This document shows positions 6,880 through 13,014 of a stretch of DNA of 32,000 bases, piece after piece. Position numbers and translations under genes: made by a program. Numbering within the stretch: the stretch's first letter is position 1; the number at the start of each line of letters is the position of its first letter. Origin of the DNA: Oscillospiraceae bacterium (GTDB lineage Bacteria; Bacillota; Clostridia; Oscillospirales; Oscillospiraceae); contig JAFXPO010000016.1 of NCBI GenBank assembly GCA_017527825.1, positions 151,568 to 183,567 on the forward strand. Reading direction: 5' to 3'. The notes under the pieces are model-generated. The model searched no databases, was not told the origin of the DNA, and saw only the letters and a list, made by a program, of their open reading frames with translations.

Positions 6880-8742
6880 CTATTCTCTGGCAAATTTGCC
6901 CGCCGCGTAGTGCTTCACGATGGCATACACGCCGAAGCCCTCGTTGACCGCGTCGTTTTTCACCAGAATTTGCAGACGCTTGTATTTTTTCACCGCGTGG
7001 CGAAAGGCGATCTCCGACGGACCGTCGTTGGTGTTGAAGGCGACGCGGGAGAAGTCAATGGTCTCCCAGCTGAAAATGTCCATCGTGCCCTCCGCCGCCT
7101 GCCATGCCACCGCGTCGCGGTCGGTGCGGAAGAAAATCTTCGCCCCTGAGCACGCGTAGGGCTTGATGGTGACGGCGTTGCCGTGCTTGAGCAGGGTCTT
7201 GTACACCATCGGGTCACCGTCGTCGTCCGCGCGGGTCGACCACACCGCCTCGATGGCGGCGCCGTCGTCGTTGTAGCGCGCCATGCCCTCAATGTCGGTG
7301 TTGAAGCGGCACACCCTGCCGTCCGCCGTGCCGAAATACAGGGACTCCCGCCCGTTCTCCATGTGCCGGAGCACGCAGCGCGCCGGGACGTTCTCCCAGT
7401 AAAAGCACTCATAGACAAAGCTCATGTCGCCGCGGGACTGATAGCTGCGGCTCTGCCGCCCGTCAAGCCCGTAGACCCGCCCGCCGACGAAGATGAGGTA
7501 CGCGCCGTTGTAGCTGCACGACACCGCCTCGCTCAGGTCCTCGCTGAGCAGCTTGGGATCGACGCGGAAACTGCGGTTCTGGGCAATGCGCTCCGCGGTG
7601 AGACTGTTGGTGGTCAGGGCGTACACGCCGCTGCCGGTGAGAAGCAGCTGCTCGTCGCCGATGCTGCCGAAGCCGAAGCGCGACACCGCGCCCGCGCCCG
7701 CGAGGCAGGGCTTCACCGGAAACCGCGCCTCCCCGTCGTCGTCGAGCGCACCGGAGCGCAGGAACACGGTGGAATCCTGCCCGTTGTCCTCCTTGATGAC
7801 GGCGAGGTATTCTCCCAGCCGCCGGTAGCCCATGACCGCGGTCTCGTCCGTGCCGATGACGGCGTAGCTCGTGTCCGGCCAGTATCCGCCGTTGGCATAG
7901 GCGCAGATGAAGTCGTAGTTCGGATAGTCCGGGTTTCCTGTGGCGACGATGCGGTCGCTCGCCGCGCCGACGCCCCAGACGATCGCCGCGCGGCACCTGC
8001 CGATGCGCCCGGCATAGCCCGGCACCGTTTTGGTAAACGTGATGACCACGTTGTCCTCCGCGCCCGCGGCGGGCGCAGCCGGCGCGGCGGCAAAGGTCAC
8101 GTTACCCGCGGTGAGGTCCGCCGACCAGCCGGCTGTCAGGCGTTCGCCGTTCACCTCGACGGCGTCCACGCTGTCCAGCCCCTCGCAGGGCAAAACGTAC
8201 ACCGTGCTGCTCCCGTCGGCGAGGAAGCTCACCCGCTGCGCTCCCGTCAGCAGGTTCACCGCCTCATAGCTCACGCCGCCGCCCGCGGGCGTTCGGGCAA
8301 TGACCGTCAGCGGCGCATAGGCGTCCTCCGCCGCGTCGCGGACAGCGATTCCGTCGTAGCAGTACAGCCCGTCGCCGGTGAACAGCCACAGCATACCGCC
8401 CATGTATACCGCCATACTGCGCGCGTCGGGCAAATGCTCCGCCAGCAGCGCGGGCGGCGTGCCGCCGTCCTCATACCAGCGCCAGAGCTTTGTGCCCGCG
8501 TGGACAAGCCGGTGCGCCGTTCCGTCGAACACCGCGTCAAACAGCCCGTTGACACGCCCGTCGAAGGTTTGCAGTGTGCGCCAGCCGGGGCGCTTTTCCG
8601 GCATGCCGCCCATGTCGGCGACCATGTTGGGCGCCCAGGGCGAGCGGGCGTCGTCCACCAGCGCGGGGTCGGTGGTGAAGTCCACGCCGCGGAAGCGCTC
8701 GTATTTCTTGGTGCGGATCGCCGCACCCTGTTTCCTCGCCAT
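6880..8742 (-). CDS. Large tail hub / nozzle-like structural protein (function assigned by position)
   Basis: Tracked ORF of 620 aa with GGAGGT Shine-Dalgarno upstream. It has repeated beta-propeller-like segments (LWRWYEDGG, LWLFTGDGLYCYDG, LYFGTADGRVCRF). Its position after the capsid and adaptor-like genes matches T7 gp12 / P22 gp10 layouts. Confidence 0.45.
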   Translation of the reverse strand: MARKQGAAIRTKKYERFRGVDFTTDPALVDDARSPWAPNMVADMGGMPEKRPGWRTLQTFDGRVNGLFDAVFDGTAHRLVHAGTKLWRWYEDGGTPPALLAEHLPDARSMAVYMGGMLWLFTGDGLYCYDGIAVRDAAEDAYAPLTVIARTPAGGGVSYEAVNLLTGAQRVSFLADGSSTVYVLPCEGLDSVDAVEVNGERLTAGWSADLTAGNVTFAAAPAAPAAGAEDNVVITFTKTVPGYAGRIGRCRAAIVWGVGAASDRIVATGNPDYPNYDFICAYANGGYWPDTSYAVIGTDETAVMGYRRLGEYLAVIKEDNGQDSTVFLRSGALDDDGEARFPVKPCLAGAGAVSRFGFGSIGDEQLLLTGSGVYALTTNSLTAERIAQNRSFRVDPKLLSEDLSEAVSCSYNGAYLIFVGGRVYGLDGRQSRSYQSRGDMSFVYECFYWENVPARCVLRHMENGRESLYFGTADGRVCRFNTDIEGMARYNDDGAAIEAVWSTRADDDGDPMVYKTLLKHGNAVTIKPYACSGAKIFFRTDRDAVAWQAAEGTMDIFSWETIDFSRVAFNTNDGPSEIAFRHAVKKYKRLQILVKNDAVNEGFGVYAIVKHYAAGKFARE

Positions 8743-8745
8743 AGC

Positions 8746-9294
8746 CTACCTCCGATACAGGCTCTGCCGCGCGCCGCCCGAACCCATCGTCGAGCGGGGC
8801 AGCAGGGCGCGCATCTGCAAATAGAGGTTGTAGAACGCGCCGTAATCCACCACCAGGTCCGCCACAAGCTGCTGCGCCGCCACAAAAAAGGGCAGGCAGT
8901 TCGCTGCCTCGTCGCTGACCTCAAATTCGTAGTCGTCCGGCGTTTGCGGCGAGATTGCCTCCGGCGAGGCGATGTAATCCAGCGTGAGCAGGGACCGGTC
9001 GCCCTCCGGCGAGAGCAGCGCGCCGTCCACGACCTCGTAGCCCGTGACGACGTTGCCGTTTTTCCGCACGCGGATCACCCGCGACACGTCGCGGGGCAGC
9101 GTCATGCTGCCTGTGCCGTCCAACAGCAGCGCCACCCGTCGCACGATGGGCTGCCACGCCGCGGCGTCCCGCTGCGCCATGTCAAAGAAATCGTTCATCT
9201 TCGCGTCGATATCCGCGTCGACGCGCACCTCGCCCAGCGCGGAGTATTCGTCGAGCAGCATCAGCACCTTGCGCTTTGCCTCTCCCAATGTCAT
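8746..9294 (-). CDS. Head-tail adaptor-like protein (function assigned by position)
   Basis: Tracked ORF 8746..9333, trimmed to the ATG at 9292-9294 (MTLGEAKRKVL) with GGGAGGAA 6 nt upstream. At 182 aa it sits between the capsid and tail hub genes. Confidence 0.4.
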   Translation of the reverse strand: MTLGEAKRKVLMLLDEYSALGEVRVDADIDAKMNDFFDMAQRDAAAWQPIVRRVALLLDGTGSMTLPRDVSRVIRVRKNGNVVTGYEVVDGALLSPEGDRSLLTLDYIASPEAISPQTPDDYEFEVSDEAANCLPFFVAAQQLVADLVVDYGAFYNLYLQMRALLPRSTMGSGGARQSLYRR

Positions 9295-9314
9295 ATATGG
9301 TTCCTCCCTTCCTC

Positions 9315-9345
9315 CCGGAGGGTAACGGTTCACGTTACCCTCCGG
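9315..9345 (-). promoter_or_regulatory. 12-bp stem-loop immediately downstream of the capsid gene
   Basis: ccggagggtaac-ggttcac-gttaccctccgg. No U-tract follows on the transcribed strand, and the stem abuts the Shine-Dalgarno of the next gene. Confidence 0.5.
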
Positions 9346-9375
9346 GTAAAAAAGCCTGTCGCGGAATGCTGACGC

Positions 9376-10323
9376 TCAGCTCGGATTGCTGAAAATGATC
9401 TGTCTTGCGTCGCCCCAGCCGCAGCCGAAGTCGACATAGCCGGTGTAGAGGTCCTTGAGCGGATTGTCCAGCGCGGTCTGCATGACCGTGGGACGGGTGA
9501 CGTAGACCAGCTTGACCACCTCGCGCATCAGCGCGGGATCGCAGATCGCCCACTGCTTTGCCGTGAAGCCGTCGTTGCCGCCGCCGATGACCATGTACTG
9601 AAGGTCGGCGACCGGGTTGGCGGCGTTGTTGTCCTTGTCGGGGTTGCCGGTGGGGCGGAACTTGCCGTTGTCGCCGCAAATTTCCTTTGCCTGCGCCTCC
9701 AGCTCCGGGGACACCAGCAGCAGGTTCATCTCCGCCAGCAGCGGCAGACCATCGGGGGTGGTCATGCGCCCCGCCATGCTCTGCGCGGCGGTGATGGCGC
9801 TGACGGACAGCTCCTCGGTGATGAGGTTGGAGTAGGTTCCGCTGTCGGGGTCGACGATGAACGTGCGCCCGCTGGAGCCCTTGGAGGCGACGGGGTGCTC
9901 GGTGGACGCCCAGGGCTTGCCGTCGCCGCCGAGGGCGGTGGCGTCAAACGCGCCCGCGAACATGCGCAGGGCGTGCATGTACACGGTCATGGCGGCGGAA
10001 TTGCCCAGCATCTTGCCTACGCGGGAGCACTCGCCGCTCTTGTCGATCTTCGCCTGCTTGAAGCCGACGGACTCGCTGAGGGAGAATTCCTCCGGCGTGA
10101 TGATGGTCTTGAAGCCGCGCTTCTTGACGCCCTCGTTGAGGTTGTCGCCGTCGTAGGCGGGCATCTCGCCATAGCCGCCGGAGCTGACCAGCTCGTAATC
10201 GATGCTGTTGGCATTGGCAACGCCGAGGATGGCGAGCAGCTTGTTCAGGCGGTTGGCGTAGGCGTAGTCAAACGCCTTGCCGACGAATTTGTAGTTATCG
10301 GTTTTCCATGCGGTATTGGACAT
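9376..10323 (-). CDS. Major capsid protein
   Basis: Tracked ORF 9376..10359, trimmed to the ATG at 10321-10323 (MSNTAWKTDNYKF) with AAAGGAG upstream. At 315 aa it follows the scaffold gene and is bracketed by stem-loops. Assignment is by position and size, not by a recognised motif. Confidence 0.7.
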   Translation of the reverse strand: MSNTAWKTDNYKFVGKAFDYAYANRLNKLLAILGVANANSIDYELVSSGGYGEMPAYDGDNLNEGVKKRGFKTIITPEEFSLSESVGFKQAKIDKSGECSRVGKMLGNSAAMTVYMHALRMFAGAFDATALGGDGKPWASTEHPVASKGSSGRTFIVDPDSGTYSNLITEELSVSAITAAQSMAGRMTTPDGLPLLAEMNLLLVSPELEAQAKEICGDNGKFRPTGNPDKDNNAANPVADLQYMVIGGGNDGFTAKQWAICDPALMREVVKLVYVTRPTVMQTALDNPLKDLYTGYVDFGCGWGDARQIIFSNPS

Positions 10324-10348
10324 GATTTCAAATCTCCTTTCGTGATTT

Positions 10349-10386
10349 CTGCGAAGCATCGCAGTGTCTGCCGCCCGCAGGCGGCA
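10349..10386 (-). promoter_or_regulatory. Two adjacent stem-loops in the leader of the capsid gene
   Basis: ctgcga-agca-tcgcag (10349-10364) and tgccgcc-cgca-ggcggca (10369-10386), inside the 96-nt scaffold-capsid intergenic region. Confidence 0.45.
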
Positions 10387-10419
10387 AATGATTTTGGCGT
10401 GTTTCCGGCGGCGTGCGTG

Positions 10420-10845
10420 TCAGCGCCCCAGAAACTCTCTGGCGGTCATTGCCATTTCCGGGTGCTCGGTGTTCCATGCGTCCAGCACATACTTCTGTGC
10501 CGGGGTCAGCGCCGCGCCGCCCGCCGTGCCGCCGCCGGTGGAGCGGGCGCTGCGGCTCTGCATCTGCGCCACTGCCGCGGCGCCCGCCTCGCTCACCAGC
10601 GCCACAAAGTCGTCGTAGAGCGCGGCGAGAGGCTCGTGCCCCATACGCGAGCCGCAGAAGCGGAGAAAGCGGGTGTTGCCCATCAGCTTCTCCACGTCCA
10701 CGTCCCCATGGCGCTCCAAAAACTCGTCGAGGTCGCGCATGGCGAAGTCCAGCCTCGCCTTTTTCGCCAGCGCGATCTCATCGAGCAGCTCGGTCTCCGG
10801 GGTCTGCGTCAGCGCCTGCGTGGTTTTTTCCTGATCCATCTTCAT
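10420..10845 (-). CDS. Scaffolding protein (assigned by position and composition)
   Basis: Tracked ORF of 141 aa, acidic and helical, lying between the portal and capsid genes. Its start overlaps the portal stop by ATGA; an alternative ATG at 10837-10839 has better Shine-Dalgarno spacing. The C-terminus ...LTPAQKYVLDAWNTEHPEMAMTAREFLGR is shared with the 714-aa protein. Confidence 0.6.
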   Translation of the reverse strand: MKMDQEKTTQALTQTPETELLDEIALAKKARLDFAMRDLDEFLERHGDVDVEKLMGNTRFLRFCGSRMGHEPLAALYDDFVALVSEAGAAAVAQMQSRSARSTGGGTAGGAALTPAQKYVLDAWNTEHPEMAMTAREFLGR

Positions 10846-12638
10846 AACTCCTTTCCTGTCATATCTATCGCCACGCCCGGTTCACCGGGCGGTACGACCG
10901 TTTCCTCCGGCGCGAATTTCTCACGCCACTGTGCGACGATCTCCTGCTTCTGCGGGATGTCCAGATAGTCCAGCTCCGCCGCCAGAAGCTTCCAGTTGTC
11001 CGCCGTGACCTTGGTCTCGATCAGCTTCTCCAGCGCGTTTACCGTCGCGGTCGGACTGCGGCTCAGGCTGCTGCCTGCGCTTACGGTCACGTCGACACGC
11101 GGGTAGTAAAGCTGTCCCGCGCGGATGGTCTCACCGGTCAGGGGATCGGTCAGCGCGCCGGTCTCTATGGCGTAGTTCGCGCCGTTGTAGCGGATGGATT
11201 CTTCCGTGCCGCCGGTCTGCTTCGCGCCGATGAACAGCAAGCGCCCGTCGTCAAAATACTCCAGCGCCAGCTTGTCCAGCAGCTCATAGAGCCGGCAAAA
11301 GCCCGCGTTGCGGTCGGCGGATTTGATCTTCTGCTGCGCCTGCGCGTCGGTGCGCAGCTGCATCAGCCCGCTGGCGGTGGTGACGCGGGTGGTCTCCTGC
11401 CCGATGTTGGAATCGTAGTTGCGGTTGGTGCGCTGGATCTGACCCAGCAGCCAGCTCACCATGCTGAGGCTCTTCACCCCGTCGGACAGCCCGCCGAGGC
11501 GGGCGATGCCGCCGCCGCGTCCCTGATTGACGCGCACCACCGCGCCGGGGACGTTGGTGAACTCCTCGCCGGGGGCGAGGGCGCCGTCCTCCAGGATGAC
11601 CACGTCGTTGGCGGTCATCGCGTCGTTGAACAGTCCCGTCGCCAGTTCGCGGTCGGCGGCGTCCACCAGCGGCAGGATCGGTTCCAGCTCGCTCTTGTTC
11701 CAGAACTGGGTCTCGTCCCGAATGCACCAGTAATGCACGAAGGGGAAGTCGTCGCACTGCGCGCCGAGCTTCACCCAGTAGTTCGGGATGTGCCGCAGCT
11801 CCACGCCGCCCGCCTGCACGCTGCACCCCACGCTGCCCGCCTTCGCCTCCCTTGTGTCAAAGGGCTGGCGGTACCAGAACTCCATTACCTGCACCACGTC
11901 GTCGCGGCTCGCGGTGGACTGGGTGTAAGGCTCCAGGATATCGTCCGCCTCGCGGTACTGCGCCGCGCCCACCACGTCGTCGAGCGTCTTGTCCTGCCGC
12001 GTCAGCGCGCTGTGGTAGAGCCGCCAGAATCTGAGCTTGTGCATGGTGTAGACGTAGAACACATACTCGCCGCTTTGCAACCCCTCCGGTCCCGCCGTGG
12101 GGTCGGGGTAGATGTCCTGCACCGCCACATCGCGCACGCGGATGTTGCCGCGCTTATCGCCGCAGGGCATGGTCTCGTCCCAGTACGCCTTCCAGAACGC
12201 GTCGCCGTACTTGCGCAGCCTTCGCTCGTTGGCGGTGTTCCGGTCGCCGAGGCGATTTTCCTCGATGAGGTACTTCACCGCCAGCTCGCGCTCGTGCGCC
12301 TTTTTGCCGTCGAGGTCGTCGTCGCGGCCGTGGAACTCCGGCTGCGGCACCTCCGGTTCGATCTGGCTCTCCACCATGATGTACGGGTCAGGCACGCAGG
12401 CGGGCGTCCACGGAAGACCGCTGTCCTCGAACGCCTCCGCCATCTCCCGCGCCGCGTCGTGGGCGAAGTTGTAGTAATCGTTGTACCTGCGCCACTCCGC
12501 CTCGCGCACCGCGCGCTCGTCCTTCGCCTGCTGGAACAGCCACTCCGCCGTGGCGACGCGGCCCTCGCTCGTCGAATAGTCATAGATGCGTCCCCGTTCA
12601 TACCCCTCCGGGGTGGGGATGCGTTTGAATAATCCCAT
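10842..12638 (-). CDS. Portal protein
   Basis: Tracked ORF of 598 aa with AGGAGGAG Shine-Dalgarno upstream. Its size and position upstream of the scaffold and capsid genes fit a portal, as does the N-terminal region EAEWRRYNDYYNFAHD, typical of portal N-termini. Confidence 0.7.
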   Translation of the reverse strand: MGLFKRIPTPEGYERGRIYDYSTSEGRVATAEWLFQQAKDERAVREAEWRRYNDYYNFAHDAAREMAEAFEDSGLPWTPACVPDPYIMVESQIEPEVPQPEFHGRDDDLDGKKAHERELAVKYLIEENRLGDRNTANERRLRKYGDAFWKAYWDETMPCGDKRGNIRVRDVAVQDIYPDPTAGPEGLQSGEYVFYVYTMHKLRFWRLYHSALTRQDKTLDDVVGAAQYREADDILEPYTQSTASRDDVVQVMEFWYRQPFDTREAKAGSVGCSVQAGGVELRHIPNYWVKLGAQCDDFPFVHYWCIRDETQFWNKSELEPILPLVDAADRELATGLFNDAMTANDVVILEDGALAPGEEFTNVPGAVVRVNQGRGGGIARLGGLSDGVKSLSMVSWLLGQIQRTNRNYDSNIGQETTRVTTASGLMQLRTDAQAQQKIKSADRNAGFCRLYELLDKLALEYFDDGRLLFIGAKQTGGTEESIRYNGANYAIETGALTDPLTGETIRAGQLYYPRVDVTVSAGSSLSRSPTATVNALEKLIETKVTADNWKLLAAELDYLDIPQKQEIVAQWREKFAPEETVVPPGEPGVAIDMTGKEL

Positions 12639-12745
12639 GGTTCTCCTCCTGTTTGTAACTTATAAAGTTTCTTTCAGGGAGTGTTTATTTTTCATTTTCG
12701 TTGTGCTATTATTCAGTTAATTGATTTGAAAGGAGCTGTCACATC

Positions 12746-13012
12746 ATGTTCAAAAGCGAAACGCTTCGTCAAGTGTCCAAGCCAGCCGCGCTTCTTTTCG
12801 GCATTACCTTTCTAATAAAGCTTTTCTGTAATCCCTATTTTGAACTTTTCCCCATACTCTTTGCCATTTTGATTTTTGAGGTGTTTGCTCTCATCACTTG
12901 TTATTATCTTGTCATCTGCAAGAACAAGCCACGCAATATGATTTGGGCAAATTATGTTATTTGGACGCTTTTTGTTAACCTTGGTGACTTAGCGGCGGCA
13001 CTTTCCGCTTAA
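12746..13012 (+). CDS. Small 3-TM membrane protein encoded on the opposite strand in an AT-rich insert (moron)
   Basis: Tracked ORF of 88 aa with AAGGAG at 12730-12735. An extended -10-like TGCTATTAT lies at 12704-12712. Hydrophobic helices include LLFGITFLIKLF, LFPILFAILIFEVFALITCYYLVI and IWANYVIWTLFVNLG. Confidence 0.55.
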   Translation: MFKSETLRQVSKPAALLFGITFLIKLFCNPYFELFPILFAILIFEVFALITCYYLVICKNKPRNMIWANYVIWTLFVNLGDLAAALSA

Positions 13013-13014
13013 TT

